64,000 nucleotides of DNA. It comes from Candidatus Poribacteria bacterium. Its GTDB lineage: Bacteria; Poribacteria; WGA-4E; WGA-3G. Under the pieces are notes generated by a model, which saw only the letters and a program-made list of their open reading frames with translations, searched no databases and had not been told where the DNA came from. A program made the translations under genes and the position numbers. This document shows, in pieces, positions 9,649 through 19,842 of the stretch. Each line of letters begins with the position of its first letter. Within the stretch, counting starts at the first letter, position 1. The DNA lies in contig CAXXLX010000002.1 of NCBI GenBank assembly GCA_963665235.2, positions 768,001-832,000 on the forward strand, written 5' to 3'.

Positions 9649-11664
9649 TTACAAGTAAGGTTTCAAATCCCAGAGCAGAATAGTGCCATCATAACTGCCA
9701 CTTGCCAAAACCGTGCCATCTGGCGAAAACGTAAGGGACTCAACGTCAGTAGGGTGACCCCACAACGTCGCAACATTTTCACCCGTTGCAACTTCCCACA
9801 AACGGATAGAAACTTTGGGCGTTCCTGACCACCAGGAACCAGATGCAAGATACTGCCCGCAAGGAGAAAATGCCAACGAGTATGGAAACCGACATTCCAA
9901 GGGCGGCACCATTGCCATAAGCGGAACATGCTTTGTCGCATCCCACAGACGAATCTCCTCGAATAACCCCCCAGCAATGATGTTTCCACAAGGCGAAAAG
10001 ACTATATCCTGAATTGTCACACTCTCACGCGGTTTTTTGAAACTTTGTATCTGACGCGCATCGCCTAAATATAGAGACCTATCTAATCGGCCTGTGGGCA
10101 ACGAGACGAGCTCCTCGCCAGAGACAACATCCCAGAGCCTAACGGTATCATCGGACGAAATACTCACAAGTTGCTGACCATCAGGATGGAATGCCACGGT
10201 TTTGACCCAACGTGTATGCCCAGACAAAATTGTCTCATCCCCGCTTTCATCCCGCACATAGAGATTACCGTCTTCATCACCACTCACCCAGGATGTGCCT
10301 GTGGGGGAAAAGGCAAAATCTCGCAATTGGGCCTGATTTTCAAAGGTAGCGATTGTTTTATCCATTTCCACATCCCATACGATATCGATATTCGCGCCTC
10401 TAATCCCACCCAGCGCACGCATCTCTCCGGTCGGCGCAATATAAATATGACTTATTGTTTTCCTGTCGTTGTATAGATACCGCTCAAATCGTTTTTCTGA
10501 TACATTCCAACAATAAGCAGCATCACTAAACAGTGTTTTCCCATCAGCGGAAAACGTAGGAGAATAAGAAATAGAGCGATGTCCTAAAAGCCTATCCCCT
10601 TTGTATGGAGAGTTCTCTATCCACACCTTAAGCGGATTTCTGAGAGCTAGGTGTGTGCCGTCTAAAAAGTGATATGAAAAGATGTACCAGTCGTAATCAA
10701 ACACGTCTAACTTTTCACCACTTTCTACGTCCCAAATAGCGATTGTTGAACCATGTTGCCCCGCAGCCCGGAGTTGACCGGATTGTGTGTAGGCGGGGAG
10801 CACCTGATAATATCTTGGATATTCAGATGACACCTTTAGCTGTTTTTTAGTCTGTTTTCCGGTGGTGACCTCCCACTCCTTCAGCGTGCCGGCGGCATCT
10901 CCTGCAGCAAGGAAATTTCCACACGGTGAAAAACAGAGGGTATCTACTTGTGTGGTATAGTCTCTAATGGAAGCAATGTGTTCCAGCGTTTTCATGTCCC
11001 ACAAAGCAATGAAGTCGGTGTCCCCTGCTGTGTCTGCGGGACTTGCACAAGCGAGCAGATGTCCATCAGGTGAAAAGCAAAGCGGGCGGGGGACATTTCT
11101 ACGTTTTTCTAGTGCTATCTCAGGTTCAGTTGAGAGCTTAGCAATCTGTTCACCCGTGTCAGAATGCCAAATGTAAATGACACCGTTTACCTTACTAGAT
11201 ACTGCGATGTACTTACCTGAACTGACAATTTGATTAATTGCCAGTTCAGATGTAAAACTGGGACGAGATCGCTGTCGTGGACGTTGAATTTTGGTAATGC
11301 ATGATCCGATTTGAACGTCCCATATCTTGATTTCTCCATCCAGGTTACCCGTTGAAAGCCTCTGACCATTTGGAGAGAAAGCGAGGGCAGAAATTACTCC
11401 ACGTTCCGTTTCCCATAATGCAATAGGAGACCACGTAGACACGTCATACCACCATACGCCAATCATGGTACCGACAGCAAGGAACTTTCCATCAGGGGAA
11501 AAAGCTAATGCGTTCTCCAATCCTTTGCCGAATCGAACGATTGCCCCCTCCGGAAGTGCCCATGTATTGGGATTGGTCCTTATATCTATGTTGTGTGTCG
11601 GAATCGGTGAATGAATACCGGACACATCTGTAGCATTCGACTGAGTTCGATTTTCCACCCTCAT
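9649..11664 (-). CDS. WD40-repeat beta-propeller protein
   Basis: Multiple AFSPDG...LASGS.DGTI.LWD repeats; LPEGAIVRFGKG N-terminus. Confidence 0.92.
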   Translation of the reverse strand: MRVENRTQSNATDVSGIHSPIPTHNIDIRTNPNTWALPEGAIVRFGKGLENALAFSPDGKFLAVGTMIGVWWYDVSTWSPIALWETERGVISALAFSPNGQRLSTGNLDGEIKIWDVQIGSCITKIQRPRQRSRPSFTSELAINQIVSSGKYIAVSSKVNGVIYIWHSDTGEQIAKLSTEPEIALEKRRNVPRPLCFSPDGHLLACASPADTAGDTDFIALWDMKTLEHIASIRDYTTQVDTLCFSPCGNFLAAGDAAGTLKEWEVTTGKQTKKQLKVSSEYPRYYQVLPAYTQSGQLRAAGQHGSTIAIWDVESGEKLDVFDYDWYIFSYHFLDGTHLALRNPLKVWIENSPYKGDRLLGHRSISYSPTFSADGKTLFSDAAYCWNVSEKRFERYLYNDRKTISHIYIAPTGEMRALGGIRGANIDIVWDVEMDKTIATFENQAQLRDFAFSPTGTSWVSGDEDGNLYVRDESGDETILSGHTRWVKTVAFHPDGQQLVSISSDDTVRLWDVVSGEELVSLPTGRLDRSLYLGDARQIQSFKKPRESVTIQDIVFSPCGNIIAGGLFEEIRLWDATKHVPLMAMVPPLECRFPYSLAFSPCGQYLASGSWWSGTPKVSIRLWEVATGENVATLWGHPTDVESLTFSPDGTVLASGSYDGTILLWDLKPYL

Positions 11665-11687
11665 TTTCCTCCTTTTTTGTATGAACT

Positions 11688-12152
11688 TTATTCGTTACCA
11701 AGCTCGCGGCCGGGGATGATCTCATCCCTGCGAGTACATTTAGGATTATCACTCTCACATAAATTGAGGTCAACTGCATTTTTGCATTTGTGCTCCTCGC
11801 GACACTGGTCACAGCCTATCGGGGGCACAAGTTTCTTTGGAGGACAGTTATCTGAGCAAGAAGCCCATTTATTGCCACATTCCCCTTTATCTTCCCCTTC
11901 TTTAAGAGGTGGACAATCACCACACTCGGGATCCGGAGCGAACAAGCATTCACACGGCTCACTCTCATCATCGTCACCGCCACAGTTCCCACTGCTAGCC
12001 ATAGCGACCCAGACATCAACATCACCATCAGTGGCAGTTTGCACATTAAAACCATCAAACGCAAACGCATAAACAAAACCAGTACCAACCAAGAACGCAA
12101 TCAGCACCGTGCCAACCACGTTCGGTTGTGCTAAAAACTTTTTCAAATACAT
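11688..12152 (-). CDS. Secreted/membrane-anchored cysteine-rich protein
   Basis: Hydrophobic N-terminus, about 13 Cys in the last 100 aa, AAGGAG RBS. Confidence 0.7.
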   Translation of the reverse strand: MYLKKFLAQPNVVGTVLIAFLVGTGFVYAFAFDGFNVQTATDGDVDVWVAMASSGNCGGDDDESEPCECLFAPDPECGDCPPLKEGEDKGECGNKWASCSDNCPPKKLVPPIGCDQCREEHKCKNAVDLNLCESDNPKCTRRDEIIPGRELGNE

Positions 12153-12294
12153 GAATCTTTACTCCTTTTTATTTTTATGCCGCATGGGCATCAGTATAGA
12201 AATATCCGAACACACCTACGTGATGTGTCTATTACGCGCCTCTTTTCGAAGCACGGTTTTTCAGTCCCCGCGATGGGGAAACTACAGTGATAAA

Positions 12295-12852
12295 CTACGG
12301 ACTGCCGCATCCACACCCGCCGGTATCCGTAGCGTCGCTTTGCGGTGCCTCAGGAACCGTTTGGCGGGTTTCGGGCACGACCGGAGGTTGTGTTTGTTGT
12401 GCCGCGTCGCCGCTTTGCGCCGTTTCGGGCGCAGAAGTTCCGCAGCACCCGCCAGGCGTTGCGGGCGACGTTTCGCCTTCAACCGTGGACGCACCGCAAC
12501 ACCCCGCAGTGGATTCCTTGGCAACGTCCTGCACTTGATGTTCCGTGGCGGGGGCTTGCTGCTGGACAAGTATGAAAGCACCGAAGCCTCCTATAATAAC
12601 CAGGGGGAGATAGAGAAGACGTTCCGGACATGTCTGTTCCTTCTCTCTATATGGACAAGGTTTCCTATCCGGCGCGCGTTCCTTTTCTTCCTGTGGACAA
12701 GATTCCCAGCCCGGACAGGGACGCTCCGGCTGCGTTGCCTTGGGATTAAAGTCATTCAACAGGAGAAATCCCGCGATGCAAACTACAACTAGCAGATAAC
12801 CTATTATCCTGTACACGCTTCTCGATTTGAATTTGGGGTATTTCATTTGCAA
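12295..12852 (-). CDS. Cysteine-rich membrane protein (GCCG x2, GGCGCGSP terminus)
   Basis: Two hydrophobic segments, PCP repeats, GCCG motifs. Confidence 0.65.
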   Translation of the reverse strand: MQMKYPKFKSRSVYRIIGYLLVVVCIAGFLLLNDFNPKATQPERPCPGWESCPQEEKERAPDRKPCPYREKEQTCPERLLYLPLVIIGGFGAFILVQQQAPATEHQVQDVAKESTAGCCGASTVEGETSPATPGGCCGTSAPETAQSGDAAQQTQPPVVPETRQTVPEAPQSDATDTGGCGCGSP

Positions 12853-12967
12853 TATAGGAAACTCATTAGCCTCAGTATTCAGGCAAGCAGACCGCTCCTT
12901 AATATCGCGAGCACAGCTCGCTCCTACAGAAGAGGTTTGTTGAAAAAACGAAGAAAAACATGGAGAA

Positions 12968-14326
12968 CTAAATAGCCCTGGTTACCTCAGCAATGGCGCG
13001 ATAGGTGTTATCAAGTAGGATGTCCAACTCTGAAATTGAAATCTGTAACGGCGGCATTAGGACTATAGTATTGACAAGCGGTCGGAGTATTAGCCCGCGG
13101 GCAAGTGCTGCTTTACAAACGCGGATACCGACCTTCTCTTCCAACGGATAGGGGTCATGTGTATCCGGGTTTTTCACTAATTCTATCCCTGCGGCTAAGC
13201 CGCATACACGCACATCCCCGACATGGGGCAAGGCATAAAATTCCTGAAGCCGGTTTTTGAAATGTTTGATGCTTATTTGGAGGCGCGCGAGGAGCTCCTC
13301 ACGTTCAAAAATGGCGATATTTTCCAATGCCACAGCACATGCCAGCGGATTACCGGTGAAGGTGTGCCCGTGGAAGAAGGTTTTGAGTGCACTGTATTCG
13401 CCAAGGAAACCGTTATAGATTTCATCTGTGCTTAAGGTCGCTGCGAGCGGCAGATAACCGCCCGCAAGTCCTTTTGCTGTGCATAGCAGGTCGGGGGTGA
13501 CGTTTTCATGTTCACACGCCCACATTTTTCCGGTGCGTCCAAATCCTGTCATCACTTCATCGACAATGAGAAGTGTTTCTGCCTGTTTTGCCAGTGCTGC
13601 GACCTGCTTCAGAAACCCTTTTGGTGCGACAAGCATCCCGCCTGCACCTTGAATGAGCGGTTCCAAAATAATCCCCGCAATCTGTTTCGGATGTTGGGCG
13701 AGCGTACGTTCTATCTCACGCAGGCAACGTGCTTTCACGGCTTCAGGCGGCACAGAAGCACGATAGGTTTCAGGGAATGACACACGGACGCTGTTAAAAA
13801 GGAGTGAATCAAAGGTTGTGTGGAAACTATCAATGCCGCCAACGCTCATAGCCCCTATGGTATCGCCATGGTACGCCTTATCAAAGTGAATAAACAGTTT
13901 GCGTTGCGGCTGGCCCTTATGTTGCCAGTACTGATACGCCATCTTGAGGGCAACAGCAACAGCCGTTGAACCGTTATCGGAGTAGAATACCTTGTTGAGC
14001 CCCGCTGGTGTAATTTCAACTAATTTTTTGGCAAGTCGAATTGCGGGGATATTGCTGTAACCGAGCAGGGTGGTATGTGCAACCTGTGCCAGCTGTGTTT
14101 TAAGAGCAGCGTTCAGGTCCGGATGATTGTGCCCGTGGATGTTCGTCCACATGGAAGCGATTCCATCAAGGTATCTGTTTCCTTCAATATCAATGAGATA
14201 AACGCCGTCGCCCCGTTCGATGATAACCGGCACTTCTTGAAGCCAGTCTTGCATCTGTGTGAACGGATGCCAGAGATAATTTTTGTCCCAGTCAGCAAGC
14301 TGTTGACTATCCCTTAAGTTTTGCAT
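12968..14326 (-). CDS. bioA: Adenosylmethionine-8-amino-7-oxononanoate aminotransferase
   Basis: LWHPFTQM, SDNGSTAV, YHGDT, DEVMTGFGRTG, AKGL.GGYLP, HGHTFTGNPL. Confidence 0.95.
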   Translation of the reverse strand: MQNLRDSQQLADWDKNYLWHPFTQMQDWLQEVPVIIERGDGVYLIDIEGNRYLDGIASMWTNIHGHNHPDLNAALKTQLAQVAHTTLLGYSNIPAIRLAKKLVEITPAGLNKVFYSDNGSTAVAVALKMAYQYWQHKGQPQRKLFIHFDKAYHGDTIGAMSVGGIDSFHTTFDSLLFNSVRVSFPETYRASVPPEAVKARCLREIERTLAQHPKQIAGIILEPLIQGAGGMLVAPKGFLKQVAALAKQAETLLIVDEVMTGFGRTGKMWACEHENVTPDLLCTAKGLAGGYLPLAATLSTDEIYNGFLGEYSALKTFFHGHTFTGNPLACAVALENIAIFEREELLARLQISIKHFKNRLQEFYALPHVGDVRVCGLAAGIELVKNPDTHDPYPLEEKVGIRVCKAALARGLILRPLVNTIVLMPPLQISISELDILLDNTYRAIAEVTRAI

Positions 14327-15602
14327 AGTGGACCGGCTGTTCTAGAGCGAGAGCGTCACATTTTCCTGTCTTGGGTACGATAATTTCGAGTATCCTATTC
14401 CGATAGGTTGCGTGGAAATCCTCTGGCTGCCCTATAAGGGGAAAGATATTTCTGAATCCATCCGGAAATGAGCTGGTGCGTCCGATGACCTTTTCAAACC
14501 GCAAATCCTCGAGTTGGTTTGGATTTTTAGGATTTCTTGGCAGCTGCGTTTGGACAGTCACGATAATCTGTGCTGCCGGGGGCGCGTCCGGGGAATATGG
14601 CGAACTTAGACAAATTTCATAGGCATAATCGGGCAGTCTATCCGGAAGATTATGGGTTTTCTTCGCTGCAGAATTGGGAACCCATCTCGGAAACTCAATC
14701 TCAATTTGATAATAATCCGTCATTTCTGAGACGCGATTGACCATCCCGTAGCGGCGATACCGTTCTTTTGTATCGTCGGTGTAAATTTCACCTTCAGTTT
14801 GGACTGCCCCGGGCATTGTTGTCCGCGGTGCCTCTGGGGAGGCGACTAGCGCGGGCCGTAAACCACTGAGAAGGGGAGTGGCAAGGAGTGAAGGGAACCA
14901 ACCGTAGAATGCCGCGCCATAACGGGATTGTGTTCCATCCGGTGTTGACGTTATCTCATCTTTAAAACGGTACGCACCTTCAGCAATAGCAATCACTATT
15001 CCTAAAAAGATCATTAAATTGCCTTCGGGTGTGAAAAAACTGCTGACGTTGCCCGACTGCATGCCGATAAAGAAGAGCACCAGCGGATAGAGTGTCAAAT
15101 TGATTAAACTGTTGATACCTGTTGAAACGGCGGCACTGAACACCCGTGTGTTTCCTGCCATCTCTTCAAGCCGCGCTTTAAATTTCGCTGAAAATGCACC
15201 GAGTAGGGGTTGACCAAGCATGACAAACAACCCGAAAGGTACACGCAGCGATGACCGCGCAGCGTCCGGTAACTGTACGAATTCTTCAGGGATGCCCTGT
15301 TTTTTCCCGCCACCTTGTCCTGCGTCGTCAGCTGTGCCTTCATCGGTTTCAGGATAAACAAATGTTTCGAAAAATTCTGCGTTTATTTCGATATAAGATT
15401 GCCACTCGCTTGGGACATCGCTTTCCATATAGATTGCGTCAACGGGACACACGGGCTCACACGCTGCGCAGTCGATACATACGTTCGGGTCAATATGGAG
15501 CTGTGTTTTGTCTTCGGTAGTGTGTATGCAGTCCACTGGACAGGGCACGACACAAGCGGTGTCCATCACGTCAATACACGGTTCACAGATTATATAAGCC
15601 AT
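14307..15602 (-). CDS. 4Fe-4S dicluster ferredoxin fused to membrane segments and an alpha-crystallin-like C-terminal region
   Basis: CxxC...C...CPVDCI and CIDCAACEPVCPV motifs; hydrophobic helices; ATYRNRILEIIVPK tail. Confidence 0.75.
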   Translation of the reverse strand: MAYIICEPCIDVMDTACVVPCPVDCIHTTEDKTQLHIDPNVCIDCAACEPVCPVDAIYMESDVPSEWQSYIEINAEFFETFVYPETDEGTADDAGQGGGKKQGIPEEFVQLPDAARSSLRVPFGLFVMLGQPLLGAFSAKFKARLEEMAGNTRVFSAAVSTGINSLINLTLYPLVLFFIGMQSGNVSSFFTPEGNLMIFLGIVIAIAEGAYRFKDEITSTPDGTQSRYGAAFYGWFPSLLATPLLSGLRPALVASPEAPRTTMPGAVQTEGEIYTDDTKERYRRYGMVNRVSEMTDYYQIEIEFPRWVPNSAAKKTHNLPDRLPDYAYEICLSSPYSPDAPPAAQIIVTVQTQLPRNPKNPNQLEDLRFEKVIGRTSSFPDGFRNIFPLIGQPEDFHATYRNRILEIIVPKTGKCDALALEQPVHYAKLKG

Positions 15603-15898
15603 ATCTATCTAGGTTTTCCTCCTTTTTCGCAATACGTTTAAAATTATACCACAACTGCTTGTGAATAGCAAATTCAAATTCCATTAATTTAAATTTTTAT
15701 TTGCTTTTCAGCGAAATTTGTGTTATGATTATTTAAAGAAGCTTGTGGTAACGGAATATTTTGGTGTATAGGAATATTTCTGTGTGTTACTTTTTTTGAA
15801 ATTTTTTGTAACTTCATTGGATGGGTTAACGTTATTATCTATGTATGAACAAGAAAAACTGGTTTTAGAACATCCTTTGGCCAAAGGAGAAAATTGTT

Positions 15899-16516
15899 AT
15901 GGCGCGCCAAGCAACAAATAATCTTTCTGCAATTGAAGATACTTATTTGGCTACCCAAGCCGAGCAAGGCGACGAAGCTGCGTTTACGCAATTATTTGAG
16001 AAGCACTATAATTGGGTTTATAGCAAAGCTTACCGGATACTTAGCGACCATCACGACACCGAAGAAGTCAGTATGGATGTCTTTATCAAAGTTTGGAAAA
16101 AATTAGATGAAGGCAAATGGGATCCGGAAAAGGGTAGTTTTCAAGCCTGGTTAAATACGGTAGCGCACAATACAATTATTGATGCGGTCCGAAAGCGGAG
16201 CAGGACCCCTGAAACACTTCTCACGCCTGAGGAGGAAGAGGAGCGCCCGCTGACCGAGTACGAAGACGTAAGTCCTGGTCCTGATAGGAATGTGGTAGCG
16301 CAAGAAGCACAGGAACTTTTAGAACGTGCACTTGAGCATGTCTCGAAGCCGAATCATCGCATCGCTTGGATTTTGCGGCATTTGGAGGGATGCAGTATCG
16401 CAGAAATTGCCCGTATTCTTAATCGGAAGGAGGGCACTGTGAAAATTTGGATTTTTCGGTGCACCCAAGAATTGCGGCAAATTCTGATTAACAAAGGTAT
16501 TCATTGGATTCAGTAA
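15899..16516 (+). CDS. ECF RNA polymerase sigma factor
   Basis: GDEAAF..LF, F.AWL..VA.N..ID, S..EIA.IL...EGTVK. Confidence 0.92.
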   Translation: MARQATNNLSAIEDTYLATQAEQGDEAAFTQLFEKHYNWVYSKAYRILSDHHDTEEVSMDVFIKVWKKLDEGKWDPEKGSFQAWLNTVAHNTIIDAVRKRSRTPETLLTPEEEEERPLTEYEDVSPGPDRNVVAQEAQELLERALEHVSKPNHRIAWILRHLEGCSIAEIARILNRKEGTVKIWIFRCTQELRQILINKGIHWIQ

Positions 16517-16523
16517 GAATTCA

Positions 16524-17210
16524 GTGGATTTGATTGATAATAACGATAATAATCTGGAGGATGAACTCATGCGTTTTTTTAGGAAAACCCCCGGGAATAT
16601 TCAATATAACGATGCCGAGCTTAAAGAAGCAAACATACTAGAAGCCTATACCTGCTGGCTAAAAAACGAAAAGCTCACCCGTAAGCAGAAGCGGCTCCTT
16701 AAAGAGATACCGGAGTCCCCCCGCTTTCATGCTTTAAAAGAACTCGTTGATTTTGCACACTATCGCTTTCAGGAAACGGAGAGCGTTAAGCCGCGCCCGG
16801 GGGCGAAGGAACGTGTAGCGGAACGACTCATGAAAACTATCAAAGGCGAAATAACAGAAGCTGCTCCCGAAAGCCCGGTAGACCTAGTGGCAGAGCCTGC
16901 TTACAGCCCACAAGCAATGGGCAACTGGGACACGGATGTGCTTCCAGGCGCGTTAGAGCCACCCACCGATGCCCAATTGAAACGTTGGAGCACCCCGGAA
17001 GGCGCGCATCAGACCCAGGTGCGGCCCCTTGCCCATCTCAATCTTCGCTTTGAAATGCAGGGTGACGAGGTGTCTGTCACCGATCTGGGAAGCCATATAC
17101 CGACTCATATAGAAGGGGTTCGCCTCAAAAATTCTGCCCCAATTCAGAAGGGAACAACCCTTAGGTGCGGAGACATTACGTTCCAAGTTGTTGATATAGA
17201 GGATTCCTAA
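16524..17210 (+). CDS. Putative anti-sigma partner with C-terminal FHA-like fragment
   Basis: Directly follows ECF; C-terminus VTDLGS...T.IEG.RL.....I..G..L..G resembles FHA. Confidence 0.55.
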   Translation: MDLIDNNDNNLEDELMRFFRKTPGNIQYNDAELKEANILEAYTCWLKNEKLTRKQKRLLKEIPESPRFHALKELVDFAHYRFQETESVKPRPGAKERVAERLMKTIKGEITEAAPESPVDLVAEPAYSPQAMGNWDTDVLPGALEPPTDAQLKRWSTPEGAHQTQVRPLAHLNLRFEMQGDEVSVTDLGSHIPTHIEGVRLKNSAPIQKGTTLRCGDITFQVVDIEDS

Positions 17211-17350
17211 GTTATCCCTGGTAGGACAGGGGGGCAATCTGACGAGGTGCGGTTTTTGCTGGCTTGCTGGCAGCGAGACTGGGTACCGTGTGCTCGTGTG
17301 TTCCCCTGTTCAAACCTAATTGGCCCTAACTCACAGGAAACTAAGGACTC

Positions 17351-18379
17351 GTGCGCTATACGAATTCACTCGCTCTCTCTTATTTTCAACAAGCGGCGGT
17401 CTGTTATCAACAAGCTCGCTATGTTGAATCCATCCAATACTATCTTGCAGGCTTAAGATATGCTCCAGGTCATCACCATATATACGCTGATCTGGCAAAA
17501 GCGTATGAAATGGTCGGAAAATGGGAGCAGGCGTTGGCATACTTGGATATTGCGCTTCGATTATGTCCAGATTCTCCAACAGCCTTAAGACGCAAAGCCC
17601 GTATCGCTCAGGAAAAAAGCTGCTATCAAACGCTGATTCGTGAGAGCAATTTAGTAGAACATCCCCCCTTGGACTTTCTGCCAGCGGCTTTTTCTAAAAA
17701 CGGTTCACGCGCACAAATGGTAGTGGAGCGCACGTTTTTCAAGCTAACTTTTGAACCGACTGTTTGTCCGAAAACACTCTGGAGCGTCTCACAACTCATT
17801 GAGAAAACTTATGATGAAGTCGGTAATCAACTTAGCTGCTATCCAGAACATCAGGTGTCTATCTCAATTACAAACGCATGCGCTTTAGCGTCCCAGGGGC
17901 CCCTTCCGAAGTGGGCAGCGGGCCGCTACGATGGCGACATTCATCTGAGCTATTGTGCGGAGGGTGAACCTGAACTTGGCGTTTTATATGCCTTAATTCG
18001 CCACGAATGGACACATCTATTAGTTCACATCCTGACACACCGCAAATGTCCTGCTTGGCTTGACGAGGGACTTGCACAAACTATTGCCCGGCCCTTGCTG
18101 TCCTTTGAAAAAGAAGCACTCCAACAGGCATACAAAAAAGGACACCTACTAACTTTGGTTGAACTCAACCAACCTTTCAGCCAGATTCCTGCCTCACGAC
18201 GGCAAACCGCTTATCTGCAAGCTGCAGCGATTGCAGAGATGCTGATTCATGAAGGTAGTTTCGTCGCTATCCGGCACCTTCTCGACAGCCTTGGAAAAGG
18301 TGTCCCAATTGAAATTGCAATGTGGCAAACTTTTGCAAAAAGGATGAGAGATATCCCGTTGACCGGACGCGCAAACTAA
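17351..18379 (+). CDS. TPR + peptidase MA-like (HExxH) protein
   Basis: N-terminal TPRs; RHEWTH...P.WLDEGLA. Confidence 0.8.
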   Translation: MRYTNSLALSYFQQAAVCYQQARYVESIQYYLAGLRYAPGHHHIYADLAKAYEMVGKWEQALAYLDIALRLCPDSPTALRRKARIAQEKSCYQTLIRESNLVEHPPLDFLPAAFSKNGSRAQMVVERTFFKLTFEPTVCPKTLWSVSQLIEKTYDEVGNQLSCYPEHQVSISITNACALASQGPLPKWAAGRYDGDIHLSYCAEGEPELGVLYALIRHEWTHLLVHILTHRKCPAWLDEGLAQTIARPLLSFEKEALQQAYKKGHLLTLVELNQPFSQIPASRRQTAYLQAAAIAEMLIHEGSFVAIRHLLDSLGKGVPIEIAMWQTFAKRMRDIPLTGRAN

Positions 18380-18397
18380 ACGCCACGGTTATGAATT

Positions 18398-18868
18398 ATG
18401 ACCAAGTTGGATATTGCGATTCTCATCGTTATCGGGATAATTGGATTTAGCGGCTACCGGGTGGGGTTCACACGAAGTGTGTGGGGCATTTTGGCACTCG
18501 GAACAGGCCGCTTTATGGCAAGCCAAGGTTGGCAAAACGTAGCCACACTCATCCAGAAGTTTATCGACAACGAAAAGGTCGCTAAATGGCTCAGTATTAT
18601 CCTAATTGTCATACTCATAACGGTCGTAATAGACATAATTTTGGGACGAATTCAACGATTTTTTGAAAATGGGGTCTTGAACAAGCTGAACCGTGCACTC
18701 GGCTTAGGCATAGGTATCGCTGCAAGCGCGATTGCTATTGCTGTCACACTCTCTCTTCTCAATCCTCACGCGAATGATGCACTTAAAAACGAAATCGCCA
18801 ATTCAAGCTTTGCTGCCCCACTTAGGGACCTCGGTGACCACGTTTGTGGATTTCGTGAGAATGAGTAA
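18398..18868 (+). CDS. CvpA-family (colicin V production) membrane protein
   Basis: LDI.I.....G...GF, LNR.LG..IG, S.FA motifs. Confidence 0.8.
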   Translation: MTKLDIAILIVIGIIGFSGYRVGFTRSVWGILALGTGRFMASQGWQNVATLIQKFIDNEKVAKWLSIILIVILITVVIDIILGRIQRFFENGVLNKLNRALGLGIGIAASAIAIAVTLSLLNPHANDALKNEIANSSFAAPLRDLGDHVCGFRENE

Positions 18869-18884
18869 AAAATATTCAAAAATA

Positions 18885-19080
18885 TTTAGCAAATAGCAAA
18901 TGGCGATTGGCAATTGGCAAGATGTTGTGAGTACAAGCAGGTTTCTGACGCGCTGCAGACGTTGCGCGGTCTACCGAGTCCATGTCCACCTGATGAGTAC
19001 AAACAGGTTTCTGACGCGCTGCAGCCCCCTCTTCCTCTTGCTAACAGCCAATTGCCAATTGCCAACAGCCAAATCAGCGA
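18885..19080. repeat. Heptamer-flanked dispersed repeat with internal 30-bp direct repeat
   Basis: (GGCAATT/GCCAATT)-like arrays in inverted orientation; gagtacaa.caggtttctgacgcgctgcag twice; inverted relative at 22895-23030. Confidence 0.75.
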
Positions 19081-19716
19081 TTACCACCCTGCCTGTTTGA
19101 GAAATTCTAACGCCATCAAGGTGTGTCCCTCAGCATTGGGGTGAACGCCATCTCGGGTTGTCCACAACGCCCCGGGGCGCGCAGCGACCGCGCGTTCAAA
19201 CGCAGCACTTACCGTTATGAGCCGTGCGTCAAACTCCTCAGCGAGTTTATGGATGCTTGCGTTGTAAGCAGCAACGGCTAACGGGCGTGGCGTTTCAACA
19301 TCGGCTTCAATATAAAAAATTTCAAACAGAAACAGGGGTGCCGCTAATTCCGTTTTCACCCGCGTCAGAATTCGCCTATAGCACGCCTCCCAAGTTGGCA
19401 GATATTCCTCTGTCGAAACATTTTGGGAGAGTTGACGGCTGGCGTTGTTGATGCCGATTTTGACAGAAACCCACTTCGGTTTCTCAGCAATAACGTCGGT
19501 ATCCCATCGATTTTCTAACCCCTCAACGATATCGCCCCCGATTCCTTTGTTCACATAAGCGATGTCCCGTTCAGGGTATTTGGCCGTAATCAACTCGGTT
19601 ATTTTACGGACATATCCGTGTCCCAAAGGTGCATGCTCACCCCGTCTTCCACAGTCCGTAATGCTATCCCCGATAAAAAGCACTTTATCTCCGGATTGAA
19701 ATAGTAAATTATTCAC
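19081..19716 (-). CDS. SGNH/GDSL hydrolase
   Basis: FIGDSITD, NKGIGG, IGIN, DGVHP. Confidence 0.92.
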   Translation of the reverse strand: MNNLLFQSGDKVLFIGDSITDCGRRGEHAPLGHGYVRKITELITAKYPERDIAYVNKGIGGDIVEGLENRWDTDVIAEKPKWVSVKIGINNASRQLSQNVSTEEYLPTWEACYRRILTRVKTELAAPLFLFEIFYIEADVETPRPLAVAAYNASIHKLAEEFDARLITVSAAFERAVAARPGALWTTRDGVHPNAEGHTLMALEFLKQAGW

Positions 19717-19842
19717 AAAATTTCCCCTTTATGTGGTATACTAAATTATTATAGAAATTCAATCGTTTTTATGGCGATTTGTTGCCATGAAAATTGAACG
19801 TCCTTAGTTAGTAGCATATCACATTTTCGAGAAAATGCCAAC

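Noticed and set aside
12109-12792. 227-aa plus-strand ORF
   Set aside because: Arg-rich antisense shadow of the Cys-rich gene 12295-12852; no recognisable motifs
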